Below, piece after piece: positions 28,933 through 38,775 of a stretch of DNA of 64,000 nt. Source of the DNA: Myxococcota bacterium (GTDB taxonomy: Bacteria > Myxococcota_A > SURF-8); NCBI GenBank assembly GCA_963674735.2, contig CAXXQS010000001.1:416001-480000 (forward strand), in the 5' to 3' direction. The notes beneath the pieces are model-generated. The model worked only from the letters and a program-made list of their open reading frames with translations, was not told the DNA's origin and ran no database searches. The translations under genes were made by a program, and so were the position numbers. Each line of letters starts with the position of its first letter. Positions within the stretch are counted from its first letter, which is position 1.

Positions 28933-30459
28933 TTAAAAACGCCACGAGACCTTGACGCCGCTCGTGCCGGTGGCCGGATCGATGGTCGGGGTGACGGCCA
29001 CATGCTGCATGGGCGGCAGAATCAAGAGGACGACTCCGGCGATCATGCCCGCCGACCCGACACCCATCAGCACCCCACCGGCGATACGCGACTTCTTGCC
29101 GAGGCTGCGTTCGTCGTCGCGGTCGGGGTCGTCCAGGGCCAGGGAATTTGCGTTATCATAGTGATTTTGCGCTTCCACCTCCAAAAAGGCACCGAATCCC
29201 ACCAGCAAAGCGCTGATGACGGTGGTGAAGGCGCCCGGACGATAGTCGGGTGTTTCCGCCACCTGCTGGCCCGGTCGCAAGGCCAGACCCTTTTCCAGGG
29301 TGAGATCGAGGCGCGTTTCCTCATCGGCGAGAACCGTGACGCGTTCCTCGCGGGTGGCGTAGCCGCTTTGCACCAGCGTTACCGTGTAGTTGCCTGGAGG
29401 AAGATCGGCGGTGTAGGTGTTTTCCGAGACTTTGCGGTCGTTGAGAAAGATCTCGACGTTTTTCTTCTTTTCCTTGTTGCTGCAGTTCACCACCAGGCGG
29501 CCTTGTTCGGGACGGAACTCGTGCCGGATGCGAGCCACGCCGTTGGGCGGGACGTCCACCTTCAGCAGGGTTTCGGGGTAGGGCGGCATGGAAAGCTGGA
29601 TGTTGTGCTGGCCGACGATCACGTTTCGCAGAATGTCCGGTGTGACGCCCATGCGCTTCCCGTCGAGAAAAATGCTGGCTCCCGCTGGAACCGAGTCGAC
29701 CAGAATTTCTCCCTGGCGCGTAACCAGATCGGCGAACCAGCGCCGGACTTCTCCCTTGGCGATTCGGATGCTTTCAAAAACGGCCGGATGTCCTTCGCGG
29801 CGGACGGACAAGGCAAGCTCGCGGCCGTCTTGGGCGGTCAGGCTGCAGGGCGTGCGACAGAGGACGGCATCGTTCAGGCGGACTTCGGCATGCAGGGGAA
29901 AAGAACTCACCCGCAGTGCGCCCTCTTCCAGGCGTATGCCGTTCGGCAGGCCGAGCAGATCGGGGACGATTTTCTCCAGCACCACCGGAGCGGCGGAGAA
30001 TTCGGGAATGGTTTCCACGATTTCACGCCAACGCGGGCCCATGGACATTTTCAAGCGCAAGTTGTATTGCCCATCGGCTCGCAGCGCAACTTGCAGCAGG
30101 ATGTCGTGTCGGATTCCGACGCGTTCTTTGTATAGCGCCATGCAGTCTTCGGGAAGCTGGCAAACGAGTTTGCCTTGCTGGCGTTGCCAGCCGATCTGGC
30201 GCAGAAACTCTTCGCGGGTGTACACCATCAGATCGGGATACTGGAAAAGAGCATCTTCCAGACTGCGTTTGAGCTTGACGGCGGTTTCGGGGGCGAGTTC
30301 ACCCTCGATCGGATGCAACAGGACCGGCAGGCGTTGGTCGTCGGTTTGCGCTTCGACCAGGCCGCTGTCGAACGATTCGGCTGCCATCGAAGGCAAACAA
30401 AGGCCCCACATGAGGAGGAGCAGCAAGGCGAAATGAACGCGAAAAAACCAGCTAAACAT
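28933..30459 (-). CDS. PEGA-domain exported protein with C-terminal hydrophobic hairpin
   Basis: Signal peptide from MFSWFF; PEGA repeats (VSSFPLHAEVRLND, VDSVPAGASIFLDG...GVTP); C-terminal ...GVKVSWRF. The ORF-track 5' extension overlaps the upstream gene and was trimmed. Confidence 0.85.
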   Translation of the reverse strand: MFSWFFRVHFALLLLLMWGLCLPSMAAESFDSGLVEAQTDDQRLPVLLHPIEGELAPETAVKLKRSLEDALFQYPDLMVYTREEFLRQIGWQRQQGKLVCQLPEDCMALYKERVGIRHDILLQVALRADGQYNLRLKMSMGPRWREIVETIPEFSAAPVVLEKIVPDLLGLPNGIRLEEGALRVSSFPLHAEVRLNDAVLCRTPCSLTAQDGRELALSVRREGHPAVFESIRIAKGEVRRWFADLVTRQGEILVDSVPAGASIFLDGKRMGVTPDILRNVIVGQHNIQLSMPPYPETLLKVDVPPNGVARIRHEFRPEQGRLVVNCSNKEKKKNVEIFLNDRKVSENTYTADLPPGNYTVTLVQSGYATREERVTVLADEETRLDLTLEKGLALRPGQQVAETPDYRPGAFTTVISALLVGFGAFLEVEAQNHYDNANSLALDDPDRDDERSLGKKSRIAGGVLMGVGSAGMIAGVVLLILPPMQHVAVTPTIDPATGTSGVKVSWRF

Positions 30460-30554
30460 CGGTGAATCCATCCATGATTGATCGTTGTCGGGCATCCTAG
30501 CACGGACGGGCGGGGACGGCAACGCCAAGACTCGAACGTGTTTGATAAGAAGCG

Positions 30555-32984
30555 CTATCGGCAAAAATCTTCGATGAAGTTGTCCCACAACGTGGCATCG
30601 CTCCAGGTCGCCCCCTCCGCTCGGTAATCGGGATGCAAAAAGCTGGCGCGCCGAGGGAAAAAGAGGGTCATGCCGTAAGCCCCCGGACGATCGGAGCTGT
30701 GCCGATTGTGCAGAATAACCTGCTCTTCGAGCTGTGCGCTCAACGCCTGGGCGGCCTGAGCCAGGCCGGGCTCCGACCAATCGTGCAAAAGCCGGGAGAA
30801 ATCGGCCAGATCGCGGGAGTGCTCGTCGCTGTAGCAGCCCTGGCTCTCGTCCCGCAGACGATCCAATTCATCGTAGCGTTGCTGATTGGCCATCAGGGCT
30901 CCGGCGAAGGCGTTTATGGGCTCATTCAGGGCCGCCAAAGCGGACAAATCGAGTACGGACAGCGTGGTCGGGGTTTCGGTCGCTTCGAAGAAAGTATCGA
31001 CGATCCATTCCCCCAGCCGAGGCGCCGTGCTGTCCGGTTCGTTTTGCAACTTCGGCAGGAAGAGGTGATAGGCCCAACCGCTGATCGGGATGACATCCTC
31101 GGCGGCCACCATCACCTGCGCATAGGGCGACGCGGCGTAACCGACCTCCCACATGCCCATCAGGCAGGCGTCGAAGCCGATCAGATCCAGCGGCTTGTTA
31201 AGTTCGCCGGTGATGGTGGACAGCGCCTGGGCCAATTCGCCTTGGGCGATGGAGATTTTGGAGCCGTTGCTGTGGTCGTCGCGGGAAAAGCTCTTGAATG
31301 TCGCGCTATTATCGGGACCGTGTTTCCAGCCATCGCCGTGATCCCACATGATCAGGGCATGGTGTTTGGCTGGGAAGGTGGAGACGGCCCAGACGCCGAA
31401 ATCGGCCAGTGTGTGCCAGTCGCCCATGTTTTTCTCATCTTGAGGAGCCATTTCCTCCCAGCCGCCGGGGAGCATGTACAGGCGGCGCGTCGCCCCGTCG
31501 TCACGGCCGTAGGAGTCGAACAGCACGACGACGTGCACGTCGCGAGTCGATCCCGCCTCGGCTAATTCGGCCAGGTCTTGATAACCGTTGTCTTCCAGGT
31601 TGTTGTCGGCATTCAGGTAGACCATCACCAGCCAGCGGTTGCCGTCCGGGTCGGGGATACATCCGTCCGTGGGGTCGTCGATGAAGCCGATATCGCAGTC
31701 GCAGGCGGCCGCGACGGTATCGGTTACCCGGCAGCGGGTGCGACGTGATTCGTGGCAGGGATTCGGGTCACAGGGATCGTCCAGGCAGGTGTTGTCGATA
31801 TCCAGGGTTCCCGGTTTGCACGCGCATTCGAAGTCACTCCAGTCGGCGTTGGCCAGACAGCGGCGGTCTTGCGGGCACTGCGCCGCCGAGCAGGGGTCGG
31901 GACGGAAATCGGCGGTCAGGTGATAAACGCCGCCGTCACGGTAGCTGTCGACGAACAGGAAGTAGGTGCCCGGATACAAAATGCGTGGTTCCAGTCCGGC
32001 CGCTTCGATGCCGTCGTTTTGGCAATCGAGTTCCGAGTCGGGAGCCTCGCAAGCGCTGCGCAGATGAAGCAGGCTGTCGTAGCCGGTCGTGGTGAAGCCT
32101 GCCCGCATGGGTTCGTCAAGCGTGATTTCGTATATGTGTTCCGGGCCGCTGTTGTACGGGCTGGCGCAGGAGCCGGATACGGCGTCGACCGAGAGCCGGG
32201 TGTCGCCCTGGATCGTTTGCGATTCCGGAGTTAAAACGGCGGGCCAGGCGCAGGTTTGTCCGGCCATGGCGGGATCGGGGACGCACTGGTCGGCGTCCAA
32301 CTCGTAGCCGAGATCGCAGTCGCAGCGCCAGTCGCCCGGTCCCAGGGGTACGCAGATCCGCCGGTGTTCCTCAGGGCAGGCGTTGTCATCGCAGGGATCA
32401 TCGATGCAGAGGCCTTGTGACGCAACGAAAACCTGTCCGTTTTCGCAAAGGGCATCGATGCTCAGGGTGAAGGCTCCCGCCGCTTGTCGGTTGCCATCTA
32501 CGAAAAGATAATAGGTTCCTTCCGGTAATTCGGTCTCCAGGCGTGAGCCGTTGAAGCCGAAACCATCGTCCTGACAGGCGATTTCCGACTGTGCATCCTG
32601 GCAGTCTGCACGCAGATAAAGCACGGTGTCGAATCCCGAAGCGCGAAAAACAAACCGGACTGGTCCCGTCAAAGTGAAGGTGTAGACAATTTCCGAATCG
32701 CTGCCGGTTTGGCAACTGCCCATGTGTTCATGGGCAAAACCGGTCGTGTCGGCTTCGAGCGGCGTTTGTCCGAGATCGAGAGGAAAGGGGTTGACGCAGG
32801 TGCCATCGGGAGCAGGTTGCGTGTCCCCATCGGTGGCAGGATCGAGGTCGCCGTCGGCGGGGCTGTCACGCTCGGTGGGGTTGTCTATATCGCCATCGGA
32901 AAAGTGGGGTCCACGATCCGTGCAGGCCGGTAGAAACAGCAGGGCCAACAAGGTCGGCAGCCACCATCGGGGCCGGTGTTTCAT
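30555..32984 (-). CDS. Clostripain-family (C11) cysteine peptidase lipoprotein with DGD stalk, two PPC-like and EGF-like domains
   Basis: Lipobox LPAC; WLVMVYLNADNNLE, catalytic WDHGDGW and FDACLMG; repeated DDPCDPNPC modules. Confidence 0.9.
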   Translation of the reverse strand: MKHRPRWWLPTLLALLFLPACTDRGPHFSDGDIDNPTERDSPADGDLDPATDGDTQPAPDGTCVNPFPLDLGQTPLEADTTGFAHEHMGSCQTGSDSEIVYTFTLTGPVRFVFRASGFDTVLYLRADCQDAQSEIACQDDGFGFNGSRLETELPEGTYYLFVDGNRQAAGAFTLSIDALCENGQVFVASQGLCIDDPCDDNACPEEHRRICVPLGPGDWRCDCDLGYELDADQCVPDPAMAGQTCAWPAVLTPESQTIQGDTRLSVDAVSGSCASPYNSGPEHIYEITLDEPMRAGFTTTGYDSLLHLRSACEAPDSELDCQNDGIEAAGLEPRILYPGTYFLFVDSYRDGGVYHLTADFRPDPCSAAQCPQDRRCLANADWSDFECACKPGTLDIDNTCLDDPCDPNPCHESRRTRCRVTDTVAAACDCDIGFIDDPTDGCIPDPDGNRWLVMVYLNADNNLEDNGYQDLAELAEAGSTRDVHVVVLFDSYGRDDGATRRLYMLPGGWEEMAPQDEKNMGDWHTLADFGVWAVSTFPAKHHALIMWDHGDGWKHGPDNSATFKSFSRDDHSNGSKISIAQGELAQALSTITGELNKPLDLIGFDACLMGMWEVGYAASPYAQVMVAAEDVIPISGWAYHLFLPKLQNEPDSTAPRLGEWIVDTFFEATETPTTLSVLDLSALAALNEPINAFAGALMANQQRYDELDRLRDESQGCYSDEHSRDLADFSRLLHDWSEPGLAQAAQALSAQLEEQVILHNRHSSDRPGAYGMTLFFPRRASFLHPDYRAEGATWSDATLWDNFIEDFCR

Positions 32985-33241
32985 TCCCCGATCCTTTTTG
33001 TCTCTTTGTGTCGTCCACATTGGGTAATCTTAACCGATTTTTCGGATCGTCTCCATAAGCTTTGTCGCGTTTAGAAGATTATCTTTCGACATCCTTCATT
33101 CTTCCCCAAAACCGGAGAATCGTTTCGAGCCGGAAACAAAATCGCGCAAAGCGCGTATTGAGCGCAAAGCCACTTTCTCAAATCGACTGAAAAGCGCTAC
33201 GGTAAATTGATGGATAAACCGAATGGAAAGGTGGAAGGATA

Positions 33242-34015
33242 ATGGAAAAAGTCAAAGTGGTTGGGTTGGCGGGGCGTGCAAAGGTAAATACCTCTTTTCG
33301 TTTTCACGACAGCGCTTGGGGTCGCTATGCACGATCAGCTTCGTGCCGGAGAAGAAGGACCGAGCGACGATGCAAACAGGAGGAAAAACGCGACATACCG
33401 GCAGATATCCTGGATGAGCTGCGGCAGTTTTTCTCGGACGAGGAGGGTGGCTGTCGCTTTTCTCCTTCACAATTACGCCGCCTTGCTCGGCAGGGCTTGG
33501 ACCTTCTCAGCATGGATTTTCAGACGGATGGATTTTGGACTGATGTGGATCGATTTCCGGAAAGGGTTTCGTTGTATCGCTACGCCTGGGTTTTGCGGGC
33601 TTGCGAGTTCGGCTACGAAATTCTGATTACGGCTGTTTTAGCCGCCTTGGAGGATATGCCGGAAAGAGCGGTCGATGTGCATCGGACCGTTCGGATTCTG
33701 GAGGCTTGTGCGGAGGTGTGCAGCAGACAATGCGCGGATTTGATGTATGAAGTGGGCGAGAGCGATTGTCGATGGGGTGGGAATGACGGGCTCGTTGCCG
33801 GAGGTGAAAAAGGAAGTCGATCCTCCCCCGGCACAAGCCGAGGGAGGGACCGATTGGAATTAGTTGGTAAAGGCAAGCAGGAAGTCGTCCCAGGTTGTGT
33901 GGTTGCTCCACACTGCGGCCGCCTGGATGTACTGGGTGTCGACGCTGCTGCTGTTGGACGGGAAGTAGATCGACAAGCCCGTGGCATTCGGATGCGACGA
34001 TTGGTTGAGGCTTAG
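33242..34015 (+). CDS. Hypothetical protein, possibly degenerate; start and end uncertain
   Basis: Central ~130 codons look protein-like (ILDELRQFFSDEEGG.RFS..QLRRL); the 3' end overlaps the convergent clostripain gene by ~150 bp. Confidence 0.3.
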   Translation: MEKVKVVGLAGRAKVNTSFRFHDSAWGRYARSASCRRRRTERRCKQEEKRDIPADILDELRQFFSDEEGGCRFSPSQLRRLARQGLDLLSMDFQTDGFWTDVDRFPERVSLYRYAWVLRACEFGYEILITAVLAALEDMPERAVDVHRTVRILEACAEVCSRQCADLMYEVGESDCRWGGNDGLVAGGEKGSRSSPGTSRGRDRLELVGKGKQEVVPGCVVAPHCGRLDVLGVDAAAVGREVDRQARGIRMRRLVEA

Positions 34016-36442
34016 GATGACGGTGTCGTTCAATTGCGCGGTCAAAGCTTGTGCTGCGGAGACCACTGTCGCCGGAGCGCCGTCCAATGCGGCCAGGAGT
34101 TCGGCGAAATGACCGAGATCGCGGAATTCATCGTAGTAATACAACTGCTGTGTTTGGTCGCGGATCGTCTCGACCTGGCTGAAAATTTGCGGGTTGGCGA
34201 TCAGGGCGTTGGCCAGAGCGGAAAGGCGCGTGGAAAGATCGGGCAATTCGGCCAGATCGACAGCGGCCAGCGTCGAGTTTTCCGAGTTGTAGTCGTGATA
34301 GCTTTGTACGATGTTGATGGCCAGCGTTTCGGCTTCCATGGCGGGGTTGGCTACAAGCGGGGGCAGAAAATCATCGTACGACCAGCCGTGGACGGGTTCC
34401 GTTTCCTGGCTTGCGACAAAGACCTCGGCATAGGGCTGGGTCGCTTCGGCCACCTCCCACATCCCCATCAGGCAGGCATCGAAACCGACGAAGTCGAGCT
34501 TTTTGCCCAATGCCGCCTGGATGCGGTTCAGAGCGCGAGCATAATCGCCGTTCGACACGGAAATCTCGGGGTTGCTGGCTCCATGGTCGTCGTTGGAGAA
34601 GCCCTTGAACAAGGGATGTTCAAGGGGCTGGGACGATCTTTCCCAACCGGCACCATGATTCCACAGGACCAGCGCATGATGGCGTGCCGGGTACTCCGCA
34701 GCCGCCCATTCTCCAAACTCGGCCAGTGTATTCCAATCGGACATGTCCACTTCGCCGAGATTCTCGATCAACGTGGAGCCGCCCTGGGTGACGTACAAAT
34801 AACGTCCATCGCCGTTGTCTTGCGAGTAGCTGTCGAACAGGGTGACGATCGAGACGTTGGCGGTCGAACCGGCCTCGCCCATTTCGGCCAAGTCGTCGTA
34901 TCCATCGTCTTCCAGGTTGTTGTCGGCGTTCAGGAAAACGAAGAAGGCCCACTCGGCGGCCGAGGTATCTTCAATGCAGATTCCGCCGGGGGTTTGCTCG
35001 ACGAAGCCGACGTTGCAGGAGCAGGAAAAACTGCCGGGCAGGTTTATTTCACAGCGATTGCGCCCTGCCGTGTTGCAGGGGTTGGGATCGCAGGGATCAT
35101 CGACGCAACTGCTGTTGTAAGGCAGGGTTCCCGCCGGGCAGACGCACTCGTAACTTGACCAGTCAATCGCCGCTTCGCATTCCGGCAAGCCGGGGCACGG
35201 GTCGGCGGCGCAGGGATCGGAACGGGAGAGGGTATCCAATGTGTAGGTTCCCGGATCGCTGTAGCTGTCTGCGAAAAGGTAGTACGTTCCGGCGTTGAGG
35301 AAACCCGACAGCGCTGAACCGTGGTCTTCGAGGGCGTCGTCGTTGCAGGCGATTTCCGTGTTTACATCCGTGCAAGTGCTGCGCATGTGCAGAACGGAAT
35401 CGAATCCGGACATCTCGAAGCGCAGGTATCGGCGTTCGGCCAGCGTGAAGGTGTAGATGCGGTCGGGGCCTTCGCTCGACCAGGATAAACAGCTTCCGTT
35501 GCCGGAATTCGCTGCGCCCGAGGTGGACCCGCTGACGTTTCCTTCCCCAAGAGCGAGCGGAATCGGGTCGCTGCAATCCGTGCCCGTGGCCACGTGTTCC
35601 AACACGCATTGTCCCTCTTCCATCACATAGCCGCTGTCGCAGTCGCAGCTGAAACTGCTGGGAAGCTCGGGAATACAGGTGGTTTGAAGCGGCGTGGTGC
35701 AGGGGTTGGGGTAACAGGGATCGGGGACGCAGTCGCCGGTGGATGGGTCGGAAACCTCACCTTGGCTGCAAACGATTTCGATTTCGAGAGAATAGGCTCC
35801 GGCATTTTGTCCGAAACCGTCGACAAACAGGAAGTAGCTCCCCGCTTGAAGCTCGACATCGAGATAAGCGGCGTGTTCACCGCCGTCGTCGTCGTCGCAG
35901 TCGATTTCCGTGGCGATCTGTTCGCAGGAACTGCGCAGGTACATCACGGTATCGAAACCATTGGCGCGTAGCTTCAAGTGAGTCGGTTCCGCGAGCGTCA
36001 ATTGATAGACGCGCTCTTCGCTGGTGTCGGCCTGGCAGGAACCCTCATAGTCGTTACCTGCATTGTTTGTATTACCTGAAATCGCTCCGGGCTTGGCTTC
36101 CAAAGGCAGGGGATCGTTGCAGGACCGACCTTCCGGGGGCGTATCGCCGTCCGTGGGATCGTCACCGTCAGTGGGCGTGTCACCGTCCGTGGGATCGTCG
36201 CCGTCCGTAGGGATATCGCCGTCCGTGGGATCGTCGCCGTCTGTGGGACTATCGCCGTCCGTAGGATCGTCCCCATCGGGCATGGGTAGCCAGATGTCGA
36301 AGTCGTTGTCCTGGTCTCCGTCACCGGATTCATCGGGATCCGGGTCGTCTTGATCGTCTGATGAATTGGATTCCGTTCCGAGGCAGGCTGTCAGGGAAAC
36401 CGTAATCAGTAACAAGATGAAAAACAAGGTGTGACGTAACAT
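33860..36442 (-). CDS. Second clostripain-family (C11) peptidase lipoprotein, paralog of 30555-32984
   Basis: Lipobox LTAC; WAFFVFLNADNNLE, WNHGAGW, FDACLMG; same domain order as its neighbour. Confidence 0.9.
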   Translation of the reverse strand: MLRHTLFFILLLITVSLTACLGTESNSSDDQDDPDPDESGDGDQDNDFDIWLPMPDGDDPTDGDSPTDGDDPTDGDIPTDGDDPTDGDTPTDGDDPTDGDTPPEGRSCNDPLPLEAKPGAISGNTNNAGNDYEGSCQADTSEERVYQLTLAEPTHLKLRANGFDTVMYLRSSCEQIATEIDCDDDDGGEHAAYLDVELQAGSYFLFVDGFGQNAGAYSLEIEIVCSQGEVSDPSTGDCVPDPCYPNPCTTPLQTTCIPELPSSFSCDCDSGYVMEEGQCVLEHVATGTDCSDPIPLALGEGNVSGSTSGAANSGNGSCLSWSSEGPDRIYTFTLAERRYLRFEMSGFDSVLHMRSTCTDVNTEIACNDDALEDHGSALSGFLNAGTYYLFADSYSDPGTYTLDTLSRSDPCAADPCPGLPECEAAIDWSSYECVCPAGTLPYNSSCVDDPCDPNPCNTAGRNRCEINLPGSFSCSCNVGFVEQTPGGICIEDTSAAEWAFFVFLNADNNLEDDGYDDLAEMGEAGSTANVSIVTLFDSYSQDNGDGRYLYVTQGGSTLIENLGEVDMSDWNTLAEFGEWAAAEYPARHHALVLWNHGAGWERSSQPLEHPLFKGFSNDDHGASNPEISVSNGDYARALNRIQAALGKKLDFVGFDACLMGMWEVAEATQPYAEVFVASQETEPVHGWSYDDFLPPLVANPAMEAETLAINIVQSYHDYNSENSTLAAVDLAELPDLSTRLSALANALIANPQIFSQVETIRDQTQQLYYYDEFRDLGHFAELLAALDGAPATVVSAAQALTAQLNDTVILSLNQSSHPNATGLSIYFPSNSSSVDTQYIQAAAVWSNHTTWDDFLLAFTN
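36140..36280 (-). repeat. Coding tandem repeat, 18-bp unit (P-T-D-G-D-x) x ~8
   Basis: PDGDDPTDGDSPTDGDDPTDGDIPTDGDDPTDGDTPTDGDDPTDGDTP. Confidence 0.9.
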
Positions 36443-36631
36443 GGCCGGGGATCCTTTCATATCACATTGAGCATGGGCGGAGTCGGTTGGATGTCACCGT
36501 GCAATGGACGTGCGCAAACGGATCGGATTCCGCTCTCACGCAGTGGAACAATTCTGACGCGAAATGATACACCATCGAAGTCGATTGGGAAAGTCCAAAG
36601 AGCGAGAAAATCGTCAGCTTCGGGTTGGTGC

Positions 36632-37279
36632 TCAAGGTGTTTGGTTTCTTAGTATTCTGATGTTTAGTAGGGTTTTATCGGCTTCATCTTGCTGATCTTC
36701 TTCGACGAAAATCTGCAGCGCGGCTTCCAGATAACGGAGAGCTTTCGGGGTGTCGTGCATCTCGGCAGACACGATTCCCAAGTTCGCTTGGTCGCGGGCA
36801 TGTCCGAGACGGTCTTGGCCCTCCAGATGCAAGGTCGAAGCCCGCTGAAAACAGTGAGTTGCCGCTTCCAGGTTTCGGGTTCGCAGATAGATTGCGCCCA
36901 TGTTGCCGAAATCATGGGCTTCGGCTCGTGAATCTCCCTTTTCCATATGGATAAGAGATAGCAGATTCGCAATCTTGAGAGCGGGCGAAAACCGCGCTTG
37001 TTTCATCAGGAATTCCACCCAGTTTTCGAGAACTTGGCTCTGCACGCTCTCGGACAAAACGGGGTTGCTGGTCAGACATGCGTGGCTCACCGTGCAGAAT
37101 GGGGACGGCTTGCAGGCGGAAAGAATTTCGTCAACGGTGAAACCGGTCATGTCCGATACACTGTGAACGTCTATGCCGTCGTTTCCGAAGCCGACCGCGG
37201 CGAGCCAGGCAAGCGCCGCAAGAGAATCGGGACTTTCGTTGTTCTGATTCACGTCCAAAACAGGCATGTTTTCTCTCAT
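36632..37279 (-). CDS. Tetratricopeptide-repeat protein
   Basis: Long TPR units (AHDFGNMGAIY..NLEAATHCFQRA; ARDQANLGIV..KALRYLEAALQIF). Confidence 0.75.
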   Translation of the reverse strand: MRENMPVLDVNQNNESPDSLAALAWLAAVGFGNDGIDVHSVSDMTGFTVDEILSACKPSPFCTVSHACLTSNPVLSESVQSQVLENWVEFLMKQARFSPALKIANLLSLIHMEKGDSRAEAHDFGNMGAIYLRTRNLEAATHCFQRASTLHLEGQDRLGHARDQANLGIVSAEMHDTPKALRYLEAALQIFVEEDQQDEADKTLLNIRILRNQTP

Positions 37280-37476
37280 TCACTTGGCAAAGCGACCCAC
37301 TCGGCGCATCGATTGTGTTTTCTCGTGCGGTCGCTGTCAACTATATACGGCATTCCGTTCGCATTCTTCAGTCATTATGCCTTTTCCTTTTCGGGAGGCA
37401 GCGGAAAAAAGCGTTGTGGTCCTTGGTTTTACGTGGTTTTCAAGTTAGGATACGAGCAACGGAATGGAGTTCCATT

Positions 37477-38760
37477 GTGACTGCAGAGAAAAACGTCGTT
37501 ATCTTAAGACCTTCTCCTCATATCGGTCGCTATTGGGGGGGGAGCGGCGTGGCGCCGTTTCCGCTTTGGTCGGCCTATGCGGCCGCCACTTTGCGAAAAA
37601 AGGGGTGGTCGCCGATTTTGATCGATAGCTGGGCGAAACCGGTTCGTCCGATGGACATTCGTGACACCATCCGGGCGAAGTCGCGCGACATGGTCGTGAT
37701 CGAAGCCGATTTCTTCAATCTTTTGCAAATGGGGCGCTTGATTCGCTATCTGCGTCTCAATTTCGGCAATCATTGCAAACTGATCGCCATCGGACCGTCA
37801 ATCGGTGCTCGTAGCGACGCCTTGCTGCAGCCGGTCGGTGGATTCGACGCGGCGGTAACGGGGATTCCCGGGACGTCTTTGGCCGATCTTTGCGAGTGTA
37901 TTAATAAAGGCGAACGATTCGAGGAATCTCGGGGCGTCTGCTGGTATGAACCCCTGACGGGCCTTGCTCAATACGGCGGCGATTTCTCGGGTGATGAGGG
38001 AGACGGCATTCAACCGGCCGAGATGCATCGGGAGCTTTCGCGGATGGTTTATGGCCCGGCGGCTTCTAACATGGGTTTGAGCTTGGGAATGCCTTGTGGG
38101 ACGATCCGCCGGGATTGGTGGTCCAACCATCGCCCGGAACAGCTTGCTCGGCTGGCGACCGATTTGGTTCAACGTTATCGGCTGCGGATGCTGGAATGGG
38201 CTGATAAGGAATTCTTGGACGATCCGGCGTACACACACGGGCTGCTGACCGTCTTGGCGGGTCAGCCGGAGAAATTTCCGTGGTTGGCGTACACCCGGAG
38301 CGCGTCCGTTGAGGCTGCGACCATAGATCTCTTGCGTAAGGCGGGTTGTCGAGCTTTGCAAATCAACCTTCCGAGTGAACCGGACATGGCGACTCCGGAT
38401 AGGCTCGCAGGACTGAGTGAAATGATTTCACTTTTGGGTGATCGCGGGATTCTGTCGTTTATCGGGTGGCCGGTGAGCGGAGATGCGAAATGCGACATTC
38501 AGCCAGGCGAGCTTTTTAAAGCGGTCATCCCTTTCATGAAACAAGGGGCTTTGGTCGATTTTCAGCCTAAAGACATCGATTCCATTGCTCCTGCCTGGGA
38601 CTTGCAGCGCAGAGCGACCTTGACCTTTTTGAAAGGGCAAATCGTATCGCGTCGTAGCGAGGTATTTAAAGATCTCGGTGGGGTTGATGGAATGAAACGG
38701 CAACTTCGCCGTTTGCTGGTACCACTGGACGGATTTCCGCCGATTTTTCCCATGTGGTGA
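37477..38760 (+). CDS. Cobalamin-dependent radical-SAM-like protein lacking the CxxxCxxC motif
   Basis: PFPLWSAYAAATLRKKG.SPILID resembles the B12-binding N-terminus; LLRKAGCRALQI resembles a barrel strand. The cluster-motif position reads SLGMPCGT. Start set at GTG 37477. Confidence 0.55.
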   Translation: MTAEKNVVILRPSPHIGRYWGGSGVAPFPLWSAYAAATLRKKGWSPILIDSWAKPVRPMDIRDTIRAKSRDMVVIEADFFNLLQMGRLIRYLRLNFGNHCKLIAIGPSIGARSDALLQPVGGFDAAVTGIPGTSLADLCECINKGERFEESRGVCWYEPLTGLAQYGGDFSGDEGDGIQPAEMHRELSRMVYGPAASNMGLSLGMPCGTIRRDWWSNHRPEQLARLATDLVQRYRLRMLEWADKEFLDDPAYTHGLLTVLAGQPEKFPWLAYTRSASVEAATIDLLRKAGCRALQINLPSEPDMATPDRLAGLSEMISLLGDRGILSFIGWPVSGDAKCDIQPGELFKAVIPFMKQGALVDFQPKDIDSIAPAWDLQRRATLTFLKGQIVSRRSEVFKDLGGVDGMKRQLRRLLVPLDGFPPIFPMW

Positions 38761-38775
38761 TCAAGTCAGGATGCG

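Noticed and set aside
36632-37279. TPR gene as a STAND/Avs defence ATPase
   Set aside because: Only 215 aa with no Walker motifs; at most a TPR adaptor.
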